Source: Acidimicrobiia bacterium
GTDB taxonomy: Bacteria; Actinomycetota; Acidimicrobiia; Spongiisociales; ZC4RG35
Direction: 5' to 3'
Length of the DNA: 62,323 nt
Assembly: GCA_040880765.1 (NCBI GenBank)
Contig: JBBDHT010000063.1
Coordinates: 21,821 to 84,143, forward strand
In this document: piece after piece, positions 47,356-57,177 of the stretch
How the letters are laid out: the number at the start of each line of letters is the position of its first letter
How positions within the stretch are numbered: the first letter of the stretch is position 1
Made by a program: the position numbers and the translations under genes
The notes under the pieces: generated by a model
Database searches by the model: none
What the model saw: the letters and a program-made list of their open reading frames with translations, nothing else
Told to the model about the DNA's origin: nothing

Positions 47356-48065
47356 CTTCGCAACGTCAATCGCACCAGCCAGTATGTCGCCTCATACATC
47401 AGATAGAGCGGCACCGACAGGATGAGGAGGGTAAAGGCGTCGCCGCTCGGCGTGATCAGAGCGGCACCGATGACGATGACCACAACCGCCCACCGCCGGC
47501 CCCGTGCGAGTTGTTCGGCCGTGATCACTCCAGCCGCCGCCGCCGCATAGAGAAAGACTGGATATAGAAACGCGAGGCCGAACGCGAGCAGGAACCTGAG
47601 AGTGAACGAGTAGTACTGGCCGATCTGAAGGTCGGTCTCCACGCCCGGGAAGATGTCGAGGAGAAACTCGAGGCCCCTCGGGAGCGCCCAATACCCGAAT
47701 GCCACGCCACCTATGAAGAGGATCACGAGAGCGGCCACGATGGGAATCGTCCATTTTCTCTCCCTGCTGGTCAGAGCCGGGTTGACGAAGGCCCATACCT
47801 GGTAGAGGACCACAGGACTTCCCAGGATGATCCCACCGAACAGCCCGATCCGCATCAATACGCCCCATTGCTCCCCGACCGCGAGAGTCTGCAGGTTCGA
47901 ATCCGGCGCCGCCTTGTCAAAGGGGGCTTCGAGCAGGGCGGTGATCTGGTCGGCGAACACCAGCGCAAGCGCTCCGGCGGCAACAACTGCGATGGCAATC
48001 TTCACCAGACGCCAGCGAAGTTCCTCCAGATGGCTGAGGATCGACTGAGGGCGATCTGCCGTCAC
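47352..48065 (-). CDS. tatC: Twin-arginine translocase subunit TatC
   Basis: HLEELRWRL N-terminus and six TM segments. ATGA overlaps on both sides. Confidence 0.9.
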   Translation of the reverse strand: MTADRPQSILSHLEELRWRLVKIAIAVVAAGALALVFADQITALLEAPFDKAAPDSNLQTLAVGEQWGVLMRIGLFGGIILGSPVVLYQVWAFVNPALTSRERKWTIPIVAALVILFIGGVAFGYWALPRGLEFLLDIFPGVETDLQIGQYYSFTLRFLLAFGLAFLYPVFLYAAAAAGVITAEQLARGRRWAVVVIVIGAALITPSGDAFTLLILSVPLYLMYEATYWLVRLTLRR

Positions 48066-48460
48066 GTCTCACCCTCATCACCCTCGTCGTCGTCCTGGGC
48101 CTGTTTCCGGAGCTCCTCACGGGCCTCGATCTCCTCGAGATCTGCCATGGCGTCAGCGGGGGTTGGCCCGGAAAGGGGTTTCGGGCCTTTCCAATCGAGC
48201 CGGCTCAGACCGACCTCGTCGATGCTTTCCTTGGCCTCGTTGAATGGTCGGCGGATCTCCTCGTTGACGGCACGGAGCTCGTCGCCGGCGCCTTTCAAAT
48301 CGGATACCTCCGCCTCGAGCCCTTCGCGGACCTCGCGGGCTGCCTTGCGCAGCTCGGTCGCGTACTCACCTGCTTTGCGCGCGAGTTGCGGGAGTCGAGT
48401 CGGGCCCAGCACGACCAGCGCGACAATCAGGATGATTACGACTTCGCCACCTTGGAGCAT
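48062..48460 (-). CDS. Twin-arginine translocase TatA/TatB family protein
   Basis: N-terminal TM plus hinge: VVIILIVALVVLGPTRLPQLARKAGE, followed by an amphipathic, acidic tail. I trimmed the start to MLQGGEV because the upstream extension is occupied by a strong hairpin. Confidence 0.75.
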   Translation of the reverse strand: MLQGGEVVIILIVALVVLGPTRLPQLARKAGEYATELRKAAREVREGLEAEVSDLKGAGDELRAVNEEIRRPFNEAKESIDEVGLSRLDWKGPKPLSGPTPADAMADLEEIEAREELRKQAQDDDEGDEGET

Positions 48461-48477
48461 GGGGCGGATAGTAAAGC

Positions 48478-48520
48478 CCCACAAAAGAGAAGTGGCGACT
48501 CCCCCAGAAGTCGCCACTTT
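48478..48520 (-). terminator. Candidate intrinsic terminator/attenuator between the Zn-ribbon gene and tatA
   Basis: Perfect 9-bp stem AGTGGCGAC (48491-48499) / GTCGCCACT (48510-48518) with a 10-nt loop. On the minus strand it is followed by TCTCTTTTGT. Confidence 0.5.
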
Positions 48521-48568
48521 CAATCGACGGGGTTCTGCCCTGAAAGCCCGTCGAGGCTTTAGCCGGGA

Positions 48569-48880
48569 TCAGCCGGCCAGGAGTCGAAGAGGATCAGTCT
48601 CCGATTCGAGGGCGTTGCTGAAAGCAAGGATCTCGGCTTCAGTGATCGGGTCTGGATTGATAACCTCGTAGGCCACCCCCGTTGCCAGAAGGACACTCAC
48701 AACCCGGGAGTTGGCGGGCCGGCGCTGTTGTGCGGTGCAAGTAGGGCACTTGAACCTGTAATCGCCTTCCCTACCGCCCGGACGCAGCTCCAGCGCCACA
48801 TCGTCCGGTGTGAGATGAATGTCGCCGCAATGGCCACATGTTGTCTTGATGGTTGTCATTCCAATTCTCCGGTCACCCAT
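48569..48880 (-). CDS. Hypothetical zinc-ribbon protein
   Basis: CGHCG ... CPTC four-Cys pattern with good codon bias. The start may be the internal MTTIKTT (48859). Confidence 0.55.
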   Translation of the reverse strand: MGDRRIGMTTIKTTCGHCGDIHLTPDDVALELRPGGREGDYRFKCPTCTAQQRRPANSRVVSVLLATGVAYEVINPDPITEAEILAFSNALESETDPLRLLAG

Positions 48881-48943
48881 ATGTTTGGATAGATCGTCAA
48901 ACTGGACGAAAAACTGTAGGAGTTGTTTGTAGGTCGTTCGACC

Positions 48944-49873
48944 CTATCGGTAACGGGCCTTCAGGCTTGCTCCCAATTCACAGACCCGGGCAGCGACTTG
49001 TTCTCCTTCCAGCAAGGCAGCTGTCGAACCGAGTCGCAAGAGCAAACGCGCCGGCAACTCGACGTCGGTGGCCGAGAATCTGATGGTTGTTGCCTGCTCG
49101 CTCTCACTGATGACCTCCACCGGGTAATACTCCAAGACCCAACGCGCCGGTGGGTAGAGCTCGATGACTGCCTGGACATCGTGATCGGAAGGTGTGTAGC
49201 CGACTCCCGGCTCGGGAATCTGAGCGGGCGGTTGGAAAGTCTCTCCGAGAACCGAAACCTCCTTGATCCGGTCGATGCGAAAAGTCCGGACATCTTCGAC
49301 GAGCCTGCAGTGCCCGGTGACGTACCAGTTGCCCAATGTCGAGAACACGGACCACGGCTCGATATCGCGCTCGGTGGTCTCTTCCCGGCTGAGCGACCGG
49401 TAAACGATGTGGGCGACATGATGCTCTGCGGCCGCTTTCCGCAGCAACGCCACCTCATCAGAGGTAGAGGTAAGGTCGACGGCCAAGGCGTCGTCGGCTT
49501 CGGGAAGCAGGACCTTGCTCAGCTTGTCGATCGCTGAGTCGAGTGCGGGAGTTCCCTGCCCGGCACCCGACACGGCGAGAGCGGCGGCGAGGAGGCCGAG
49601 GGCCTCTATCGAAGACAGCCTCGGAGCGCGGCTGAAGTAGTCGGCTGAGTCGATGACCACCTCGTCCTCATCGATGTACGCCTCCATCAATTCCCCCGGC
49701 CCGTAGCCGGGCAAGCCGCAGACAAAAACTGCGTTGAGGTCGCTGGTGAGCTCACCGCGGGTGTACCCGAAACGCTCCATCACTTCGTCTATGCCCACAC
49801 CGGGGTTCGCCAGGACATAAGGGATCAACCCCAGAATTCGTGACAACCGGGAAACAGTCCGCTGTGACGTCAC
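48944..49873 (-). CDS. pafC: Proteasome accessory factor PafC-like (HTH-WYL regulator)
   Basis: N-terminal wHTH (RLSRILGLIPYV), a WYL-type middle domain (WYVTGHC) and position downstream of pafA-pafB. Confidence 0.75.
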   Translation of the reverse strand: MTSQRTVSRLSRILGLIPYVLANPGVGIDEVMERFGYTRGELTSDLNAVFVCGLPGYGPGELMEAYIDEDEVVIDSADYFSRAPRLSSIEALGLLAAALAVSGAGQGTPALDSAIDKLSKVLLPEADDALAVDLTSTSDEVALLRKAAAEHHVAHIVYRSLSREETTERDIEPWSVFSTLGNWYVTGHCRLVEDVRTFRIDRIKEVSVLGETFQPPAQIPEPGVGYTPSDHDVQAVIELYPPARWVLEYYPVEVISESEQATTIRFSATDVELPARLLLRLGSTAALLEGEQVAARVCELGASLKARYR

Positions 49874-50790
49874 TGCGCTGCCCCGGCAACCGCAGCATCC
49901 ACCCGACTCAACAGTTCAGCGCGCAAGTCGAGCGGGGCGACAATTTCCGCCGAAGGGCCGAAGCTGAGGATCCATCCGATAAAGGCGTCGCGATTCGACA
50001 CCGGAAGATGAACCTCGAGAGGGCCATCGGTGTATTCCAGTCCTAAAGTGCGGCTTGCCCACCAGGCGACTTCGGGGTCGAAGATCACGCTGGCCTCGAC
50101 GGGATCGTCGGCTCCCGTCTCCCAGGGGTGGGCTTGCAGTACCGCTTTCGGGTCGAAACCTTCCGGGCGCCGGAACGATCCCGGATCACCGGCGGACACA
50201 TTCGAGACGCGGTCGACCCGATAGATACGCTCACCCTCCGCGCCTCCCCCGACCAGGTACCAATGGCCTCTTCTGAAGGCAACACCGTAGGGGTTGAGCT
50301 TTCGCCGGTTCCCCCGGTAGTCGAACTCGAGAGGGCTTCTCTGCACCACTGCGTCGAAAATCGCACCGAGGAGGTCTCCCTCAGCTCCGAGGTCCGCTCC
50401 GAACGGCTCGTAGGCGATCCCCCGCTCGGCACCACCGAGCTTTCGGAGCCCGTCCAGGCCAAAATGGCCCCCGCCAACCCGGACCATGGTCGCCGCCAAC
50501 GAAAGCGAAGCCCGTTCCTCGTCAGTCAGACCTGGGTCTTCCATTGCGTACTCGTCGGGGTTGACCGTGTACCCGAAATCGACCTCCCAGGCGTCGAGTG
50601 CGACGAGCTCGAGGGGGATGCCGAGTTGTCTCAATAGGTTCTTATCCCTCTCGAACATCCGGTGGAAGGCTTCGTCGGAGTCCGGGGAGTATCCCGGCAC
50701 GGTGCGGCGGATCTCCTCAGCGGTGACCGGACGTGGGGATTCGAGCAGATAGATGAGCGTGTTCAGGACACGTTCGACGACGTTCCTCAT
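49870..50790 (-). CDS. pafB: Proteasome accessory factor PafB-like (HTH-WYL regulator)
   Basis: N-terminal wHTH (RVLNTLIYLLESPRPVTAEEI) and WYL motif (HWYLVGG). 4-nt overlap with pafC. Confidence 0.75.
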   Translation of the reverse strand: MRNVVERVLNTLIYLLESPRPVTAEEIRRTVPGYSPDSDEAFHRMFERDKNLLRQLGIPLELVALDAWEVDFGYTVNPDEYAMEDPGLTDEERASLSLAATMVRVGGGHFGLDGLRKLGGAERGIAYEPFGADLGAEGDLLGAIFDAVVQRSPLEFDYRGNRRKLNPYGVAFRRGHWYLVGGGAEGERIYRVDRVSNVSAGDPGSFRRPEGFDPKAVLQAHPWETGADDPVEASVIFDPEVAWWASRTLGLEYTDGPLEVHLPVSNRDAFIGWILSFGPSAEIVAPLDLRAELLSRVDAAVAGAAQ

Positions 50791-50828
50791 TCGCGGACGA
50801 TTCTATGCCATCGACCGGTTCCGACCGG

Positions 50829-52184
50829 TCACAGGCTCTCGATCAACTTGTCGACCCTCTCGTCGACTGACCGGAACGGGTCTTTGCACATCACCGTCCG
50901 CTGGGCCTGGTCGTTCAGCTTGAGGTGGACCCAATCGACAGTGAAATCTCGCTTCTTCGCCTTTGCCGCCTTGATGAAATCCCCCCGGAGCTTCGCCCGG
51001 GTGGTCTGCGGGGGCCGCCGAACTGCATTGGCGATGTTCTCATCGCCAACCACACGCTCCATCATGTCCTTGTCCTGCATCATGTAGAACAGCCCTCGCT
51101 CCCGGTTCACGTCGTGATAGGAGAGATCCATCATCGCGAGCTTGGGGTCCGACAGTTGGAGATTGCCCCGGCTCTGATAGCGCTCCAGGAGGCGGTACTT
51201 GGCCACCCAGTCGACCTCGCGGTCCAGTGTCATCGGGTCCTTCTCGAGTCCGGTTAGCAGCGACTCCCATCGGTCCACAGCTGCCTTCACCTGCACCGGA
51301 AAGCCCGGGCTTCGGGCAAATCGCATCGCCCGGTCGAGGTACTCCCACTGGATGTCGAGCGCGGAGAGCTCCCGGCCGTTCATCAATCGGACCTTGCGCC
51401 GGCAGCTCGGATCATGGGCGATCTCCCGGATTGCCCGAATCGGGTTCTCCAGACTGAGGTCACGGAAGACAACATCCTTTTCAATCATCTGCAGGAGGGC
51501 GACCATCGTCCCCACTTTGACGAATGTCGCATATTCGCTCATGTTCGAGTCTCCGGCGATCACGTGCAGCCGCCGATACCGCTCGGCGTCGGCGTGCGGC
51601 TCATCGCGGGTGTTGATTATCGGTCGGGAGCGCGTCGTTGCCGACGACACGCCCTCCCAGATGTGGTCGGCGCGCTGGGAGATCGAATAGGTGGTGCCGC
51701 GGGGCGTTTGGGTCAGTTTCCCCGCCCCGAGGAATATCTGGCGGGTGACCAGGAAAGGAATCAGGACGTCGACGGTGCGATGGAAGTCCTTGTGACGGCT
51801 GACCAGATAGTTCTCGTGACAGCCATAGGAGTTACCCGCGGAGTCGGTGTTGTTCTTGAAGACGAAGATCTCGCCGCGGATTCCCTCCTCCTCGAGACGT
51901 TCCTCGGCGCCACTCACCAGACCTTCGAGGATGCGCTCTCCTGCCTTGTCATGGGCGACCACGTCGTACAGGTCGTCGCACTCGGGAGTTGCATACTCCG
52001 GGTGCGATCCCACGTCGAGATAGAGTCGCGCCCCGTTTTCGAGGAACACATTCGACGAGCGCCCCCAAGAGACCACCCTGCGGAAGAGGTAGCGGGCGAC
52101 CTCATCGGGGCTCAGGCGCCGCTGGCCGCGAAGGGTGCAGGTGACGCCGTATTCATTTTCTAGCCCAAATATCCTTCGGTCCAC
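50829..52184 (-). CDS. pafA: Pup--protein ligase PafA
   Basis: [15 protein letters not shown]-terminus, glutamine-synthetase-like fold signature, ~450 aa without the Dop-specific insertion. Confidence 0.9.
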   Translation of the reverse strand: MDRRIFGLENEYGVTCTLRGQRRLSPDEVARYLFRRVVSWGRSSNVFLENGARLYLDVGSHPEYATPECDDLYDVVAHDKAGERILEGLVSGAEERLEEEGIRGEIFVFKNNTDSAGNSYGCHENYLVSRHKDFHRTVDVLIPFLVTRQIFLGAGKLTQTPRGTTYSISQRADHIWEGVSSATTRSRPIINTRDEPHADAERYRRLHVIAGDSNMSEYATFVKVGTMVALLQMIEKDVVFRDLSLENPIRAIREIAHDPSCRRKVRLMNGRELSALDIQWEYLDRAMRFARSPGFPVQVKAAVDRWESLLTGLEKDPMTLDREVDWVAKYRLLERYQSRGNLQLSDPKLAMMDLSYHDVNRERGLFYMMQDKDMMERVVGDENIANAVRRPPQTTRAKLRGDFIKAAKAKKRDFTVDWVHLKLNDQAQRTVMCKDPFRSVDERVDKLIESL

Positions 52185-52193
52185 CCGGTCAGG

Positions 52194-52901
52194 CTAAACG
52201 GAACCGTCTCCTTCGGGAGACGCCACTCTGGTTGTCGACCCCGCCTCTGGCCCGAAATCGATCCGCCGGAACGCTCTCCTGCCGTTGGTGCCGTCGAGGA
52301 CCGCGGCCTCCCAGCCCTCCGAATCCCGGCCTTCGGCCTGGTGGAACGCCGCTTGGGCGGCTGCGAGAGCTGAGTCGAGGTCCATCCCCGGCGACCACAG
52401 CTCCTCGAGGGCCTCCCCCAACTGCTCCGACTTGCCTCCGATGGCAACGAAATTTCGCTCGTCGTAGAGAGTCCCGTCATAGGTGATCCGGAACAAGCGG
52501 TGCTCCGAACCATCGGTCGAGATCTCGGCGATGAGCAACTCGACCTCGAAAGGCTTGGGGTCGCGGGTGAAAATGACACCGAGGGTCTGCGCGAACTGTG
52601 TGGCCAACCCCATGGCGGTGACGTCGTCGCGTGAGTAGAGATAGCCCATGAGGTCGGCCTGACGAATGCCGGCTTTGCGCAGTGTCTCGAACTCGTTGTA
52701 CTTACCGACTCCGGCAAACGCGATGCGATCGTAGACCTCAGAGATCTTGTGCAGAGCGGTTGAGGGATTCTCGGCGAGCAGCAGGACGCCATCGGCATAA
52801 TCGACGGCGAGGATCGAACGGCCCCGGGCGATGCCCTTGCGGGCGAACTCGGCTTTGTCCCGGACGAGCTGTTCAGGTGCGACGTAGAACGGGATCGTCA
52901 T
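52194..52901 (-). CDS. prcA: Proteasome subunit alpha
   Basis: PFYVAPEQLVRDKAEFARKGIARGRS is the typical PrcA N-terminus. Confidence 0.9.
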   Translation of the reverse strand: MTIPFYVAPEQLVRDKAEFARKGIARGRSILAVDYADGVLLLAENPSTALHKISEVYDRIAFAGVGKYNEFETLRKAGIRQADLMGYLYSRDDVTAMGLATQFAQTLGVIFTRDPKPFEVELLIAEISTDGSEHRLFRITYDGTLYDERNFVAIGGKSEQLGEALEELWSPGMDLDSALAAAQAAFHQAEGRDSEGWEAAVLDGTNGRRAFRRIDFGPEAGSTTRVASPEGDGSV

Positions 52902-53692
52902 CGGATGGTCTCCACGGCCTGCTCGGCGAGCGGTCCGACCACGTCGTCGGCGAGTTCCTCAAATCCGTGCTCGTCGATCCTGACCACATTGGGGAAGATC
53001 CCCCGGTTGAGGTCGGGGCCACCGGTGGCTGTGTCTTCCTGGGACGCCGAGACCAGCGCGTTCACCGCATACCCGGCGGCTTCATCTGCTGTGAGGTCAT
53101 CGCGGTAGACGGTCCGCAGATACGACTTGGCGAGGCGGGAGCCCGAACCGGTGCTGCCGAAGTCGATCTCCTCATACCTGCCGCCGACCACGTCATAGCT
53201 GTAGAGGCGACCGGTCTTCTCTGCCTCGTCGTATCCGGAAAACATCGGCACCACCACCAGGCCCTGGAAGGCGAGGGGCAGTTGATTTCTGACCAGGCGT
53301 GCGAGGAACGAGGCCTTGCCTTCCAGCGAGAGGCGCACCCCCTCGATCTTTTCGTAGTGCTCCAGTTCAACCTGGAACAACCGGACCATGTCGATGGCGA
53401 GTCCGGCAGTCCCGGCAACAGCAACCGCAGAGAAGCGGTCGGCCGGGAACACCTTACGGATACGACGATGGGCGACGAGATGGCCCTCGGTCGCCCTGCG
53501 GTCGCCGGCCATGACAACGCCATCGGCGTAGCGCAGGGCGAGCACGGTTGTGCCCTCAGGGACCGAAACACCTCTCTCCCCGGCCGGGAGATTCATCGTA
53601 GGGAGGGCGCCCATCGAGTCGAGCAAGTCGGTGAAACTCGAACCCGGCGATGGCGCGTCCATGGGCAACGGTCCGTTGATCGACGGATTCAC
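52898..53692 (-). CDS. prcB: Proteasome subunit beta (with propeptide)
   Basis: A propeptide followed by G/TTVLALRYADGVVMAGDRRAT (catalytic Thr1 context). Confidence 0.9.
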   Translation of the reverse strand: MNPSINGPLPMDAPSPGSSFTDLLDSMGALPTMNLPAGERGVSVPEGTTVLALRYADGVVMAGDRRATEGHLVAHRRIRKVFPADRFSAVAVAGTAGLAIDMVRLFQVELEHYEKIEGVRLSLEGKASFLARLVRNQLPLAFQGLVVVPMFSGYDEAEKTGRLYSYDVVGGRYEEIDFGSTGSGSRLAKSYLRTVYRDDLTADEAAGYAVNALVSASQEDTATGGPDLNRGIFPNVVRIDEHGFEELADDVVGPLAEQAVETIR

Positions 53693-53877
53693 TCTCCGCC
53701 CTTCTGGACGTAATTCTTGACGAACTCCTCGGCGTTCTCTTCGAGAACTTCGTCGATCTCGTCGAGGAGGTCGTCGAGGGCTTCGAGATCGGTGTCGCTC
53801 TCTGTTACGACTTCGATCTCTTCGGAGCTCTCTTCCTTGTCCTTCCGGCGGTCTTGTGATCTTTCTTGTTCAGCCAT
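53689..53877 (-). CDS. pup: Prokaryotic ubiquitin-like protein Pup (C-terminal GGE)
   Basis: 62 aa, acidic and disorder-prone, ending ...FVKNYVQKGGE. Lies between dop and prcB. Confidence 0.9.
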   Translation of the reverse strand: MAEQERSQDRRKDKEESSEEIEVVTESDTDLEALDDLLDEIDEVLEENAEEFVKNYVQKGGE

Positions 53878-53880
53878 TTC

Positions 53881-55350
53881 TTACCCTCCTAGACGCTGTA
53901 AAAGACCAGCGGCGTCTTCTGATTCTTCGAGCAGGGGCCCGACGATATCGACGGTGCCTCTCAGCGGTTCCATCATAGGAACGCGCTTGAGGTGTGACTC
54001 ACCGATGTCGAATACGAGCGAGTCCCAGTTGGCTGCGACCACCGAGTCGCGGAACAAATCGACACATCGGCCGCGAAAGTACGCCCTCGTCCGCTCGGGT
54101 GGGTAGCTGGTCGCTGCGGAAATCTCTTCGTCCGTGAACAAGCGGCGGAAACGTCCCGACGCCGCCATCTTGTTGTAGAGCCCTCGGTTGGGGCTGACAT
54201 CGTGATATTGCAGGTCGAATGCCCGAAGTTTGGCGCTGTCCCAATCGATCCCGTCCCGCTCGACAAATCTGTCGAACACCTGCTTCTTGGCCACCCAATC
54301 GAGGGTGTCCGACAATGAGGAAACATCGGATTCCAGCCCGGTCAACGTGCGCTCCCACTCCTCGACGAGCCGGGTCCACACCGGATCGTCGAGCTCTTTC
54401 TCCACGTACTTCGAAAGCCACTCGAGGAAACGGAACTGGAGCTCGAGGGCGGTCGCCGTCCCTCCTCCATCCAGTTCGAGGGGACGATTCAGGTCGACGT
54501 CGTGGCTCACCCTCCAACACGACTCGACGGGGTCAGCGAGATCGAGAGGATCGGGTATCGCCCCGTCTTCTAAGGCGGCCAGCATCAAGGCCGTGGTCCC
54601 GACCTTGAGGAATATCTGGACCTCCGAGAGATTGGCATCTCCGAGGATCACATGCAGCCGCCGGTATTTCGACGGGTCGCCGTGCGGCTCGTCGCGAGTG
54701 TTGATGATCGGTCGTTTCAGGGTCGTTTCCAGACCCACTTCCTCCTCGAAGAAATCGGCGCGCTGGGTTATCTGGAACGGCACCTTGGGCCGATCGTTCT
54801 CCGAGCCCACCTTTCCCGCGCCGGTGAATATCTGGCGCGTCACGAGGAAGGTCATTCCGTAGCGGATGACGTCGCCGAAAGGCGTCTCGCGGGAGAGGAG
54901 GTAATTCTCATGCGCGCCGTACGAGTTACCTTTTCCGTCAGAGTTGTTCTTGTAGAGCGAAACCACGTTCCCGGAGCGCTCCTCCGCTGCCACCGCCGCC
55001 TGGTGCATGACGAGCTCGCCGGCCTTGTCATAGAGCGCCGCTTCCAATGGGTCGTAACTCTCCGGCGCCGAGTACTCGGGATGGGCGTGGTCGACATACA
55101 TCCGTGCCCCGTTGGCCAGCACCGAATTGACCACGGCCCCTTCAGGATCGAGCGGGCCGTAGGTTTCGTGACCGAACCCGCGTGCATCGCGCCCCGGGGT
55201 CTCCTCTTCGTAAGACCACTGAACGCGGACCCTTCGTCCCGGGTAGCTGTTGACGATCAACGATGAGGCCACAGCCGGGTTGAATCCAGGTTCTCCCTTC
55301 ACCGTGATCCCGTATTCGGTCTCCGTTCCGAGAACCTTGTGGAGAGCCAT
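53881..55350 (-). CDS. dop: Pup deamidase/depupylase Dop
   Basis: VLGTETEYGI N-terminus; a PafA paralogue of ~490 aa with an extra loop region. Confidence 0.9.
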   Translation of the reverse strand: MALHKVLGTETEYGITVKGEPGFNPAVASSLIVNSYPGRRVRVQWSYEEETPGRDARGFGHETYGPLDPEGAVVNSVLANGARMYVDHAHPEYSAPESYDPLEAALYDKAGELVMHQAAVAAEERSGNVVSLYKNNSDGKGNSYGAHENYLLSRETPFGDVIRYGMTFLVTRQIFTGAGKVGSENDRPKVPFQITQRADFFEEEVGLETTLKRPIINTRDEPHGDPSKYRRLHVILGDANLSEVQIFLKVGTTALMLAALEDGAIPDPLDLADPVESCWRVSHDVDLNRPLELDGGGTATALELQFRFLEWLSKYVEKELDDPVWTRLVEEWERTLTGLESDVSSLSDTLDWVAKKQVFDRFVERDGIDWDSAKLRAFDLQYHDVSPNRGLYNKMAASGRFRRLFTDEEISAATSYPPERTRAYFRGRCVDLFRDSVVAANWDSLVFDIGESHLKRVPMMEPLRGTVDIVGPLLEESEDAAGLLQRLGG

Positions 55351-57077
55351 TACAGGTACTGGCCGCCCGAGACTCTTTCGATCAGGCGACTCTCGTCATC
55401 ACCGCCGACCAGGGTTCGCACGTAAACGATTCGCTCGCCCTTCTTGCCTGAAATCTTGGCCCAGTCGTCGGGGTTGGTGGTATTGGGAAGGTCTTCCTGC
55501 TCGCGGAACTCCTGCTTTATCGCTGCGACGAGATCACGTTCGGCAAGACCGGCGTCGCCACCGGCAATCTGCCGCTTGATGGCGTCCTTCTTCGCGCGGC
55601 GGACGATGTTTTCGATCATCGCCCCCGACGCAAAGTCCTTGAAATAGAGGACCTCCCGGTCCCCACCGGCATATGTCACTTCGAGGAAACGGTTCTCGTC
55701 GTCCTCGGAGTACATCGCATCGACGGTGATGTCGATCATGTGCCGGATAAAAGCATCGTGGTCTCCATCGAATCCGGCCAGCCCTTGGGTTTCGAGCGGG
55801 GTGTTGGCACCGAGGTAGATAGCGAAGATTTCCCGGGCGGCGTCAGGCTCGGGCCGGTTGATCTTTATCTTGACATCGAGACGGCCCGGTCGAAGGATCG
55901 CGGGGTCGATCAGGTCTTCGCGGTTAGATGCCCCGATCACCACGACATTCTTGAGCGACTCCACGCCGTCGAGCTCAGAAAGTAGCTGGGGGACGATTGT
56001 CGACTCGACATCCGAGCTGATCCCGGTGCCCCTGGTGCGGAACAGGGAGTCCATCTCGTCGAAGAAGACGATGACCGGCACCCCCTCATCGGATTTCTCC
56101 TTGGCCCGCTGGAAAATCAGGCGGATCTGGCGCTCGGTTTCGCCCACCCACTTGTTCAGCAGTTCCGGGCCTTTGATATTGAGGAAGTAGGAACGGACGT
56201 CGGGGCTCCCGGTGCGTTCCGTTACCTTCTTGGCGAGACTGTTGGCAACGGCCTTGGCGATGAGGGTCTTACCGCATCCCGGGGGCCCGTAGAGGAGGAT
56301 CCCCTTCGGCGGCTCCAGCTCGTATTCACGGAAGAGGTCGCGATGGAGGTAGGGCAGCTCGACCGTGTCGCGGATCTGCTCGATCTGGTCGGCGAGGCCT
56401 CCCACATCGGCGTAGGTGATGTCCGGGACCTCCTCGAGCACCAACTCCTCGACCTCGGGCCGCTCCATCTTCTCCAGGATGAGGCGGGTCTTTGGATCGA
56501 TCCTCACGTAGTCGCCCGCCCGGATGAAGGTGTTTTTCATGGCATCGGAACGTGCCAGGACGCTCTCCTCGTCGGCGCGGGCGATGACAACGACACGGTT
56601 GTCGGCCATGGTTTCCCTCACACGGACAACGTCGCCGGCCTGTTCGAATTCACGGACGTCGATGATGTTGAATGCCTCGTTGAGCAGCACCTCCTGGCCG
56701 ATCTGGAGCTGTTTCACCTCGATGTTCGGCTGTGCCGCCACCCGAAGCTTCCGGTTGCCTGTTGCGACGTCGACCGAGCCGTCCACATTCACCTGGAGCA
56801 CGGTTCCGAAGTTGTTCGGCGGTGCGGTGAGCTTGTCGACCTCTTCGCGGAGGACGCCCAGTTGCTGCCTGGCTTCCTCGAGAACTGTCGCGAGCTTGTC
56901 GTTTTGTGACGAGGCGCGCTCCAGTCGAGACCTGGTTTCCTCGAGGTCCGATTCGAGCTGGCGGATCTGTTCGGGAGCACCTGAGGCGCGTCGACGTAAG
57001 ATGGCCACTTCTTCCTCAAGGGCCTGCACCAACCGCCGCAACTGTGCTGCGTCGTCCTGTGTCTGTCTCTCGTCCAC
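55350..57077 (-). CDS. mpa: Proteasome-associated AAA ATPase Mpa/ARC
   Basis: N-terminal coiled coil, OB domains, Walker A GPPGCGKT, Walker [10 protein letters not shown], and C-terminal GGQYL docking motif. I set the start at the GTG at 57077, preceded by AGGAAAGGAAG. The longer ORF-track start would overlap trmI. Confidence 0.9.
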   Translation of the reverse strand: MDERQTQDDAAQLRRLVQALEEEVAILRRRASGAPEQIRQLESDLEETRSRLERASSQNDKLATVLEEARQQLGVLREEVDKLTAPPNNFGTVLQVNVDGSVDVATGNRKLRVAAQPNIEVKQLQIGQEVLLNEAFNIIDVREFEQAGDVVRVRETMADNRVVVIARADEESVLARSDAMKNTFIRAGDYVRIDPKTRLILEKMERPEVEELVLEEVPDITYADVGGLADQIEQIRDTVELPYLHRDLFREYELEPPKGILLYGPPGCGKTLIAKAVANSLAKKVTERTGSPDVRSYFLNIKGPELLNKWVGETERQIRLIFQRAKEKSDEGVPVIVFFDEMDSLFRTRGTGISSDVESTIVPQLLSELDGVESLKNVVVIGASNREDLIDPAILRPGRLDVKIKINRPEPDAAREIFAIYLGANTPLETQGLAGFDGDHDAFIRHMIDITVDAMYSEDDENRFLEVTYAGGDREVLYFKDFASGAMIENIVRRAKKDAIKRQIAGGDAGLAERDLVAAIKQEFREQEDLPNTTNPDDWAKISGKKGERIVYVRTLVGGDDESRLIERVSGGQYL

Positions 57078-57177
57078 GGCTTCCTTTCCTGTTTGGTCGC
57101 CTCTAGGCAGTATACGAACAGCTTGAATTACTTCGAGTCTTAATGAAATAGGCCTCCTGGACCGTGCAGGCCGACCG

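Noticed and set aside
48461-48523. N-terminal extension of the TatA/B ORF (MKVATSGGVATSLLWGFTIRP)
   Set aside because: The duplicated VATS..VATS peptide is a by-product of translating a perfect 9-bp inverted repeat. TatA-family proteins begin directly with the TM helix, which starts at the ATG at 48460.
52682-53713. 343-aa plus-strand ORF opposite prcA/prcB
   Set aside because: It is antisense to the proteasome subunit genes. Shadow ORF.
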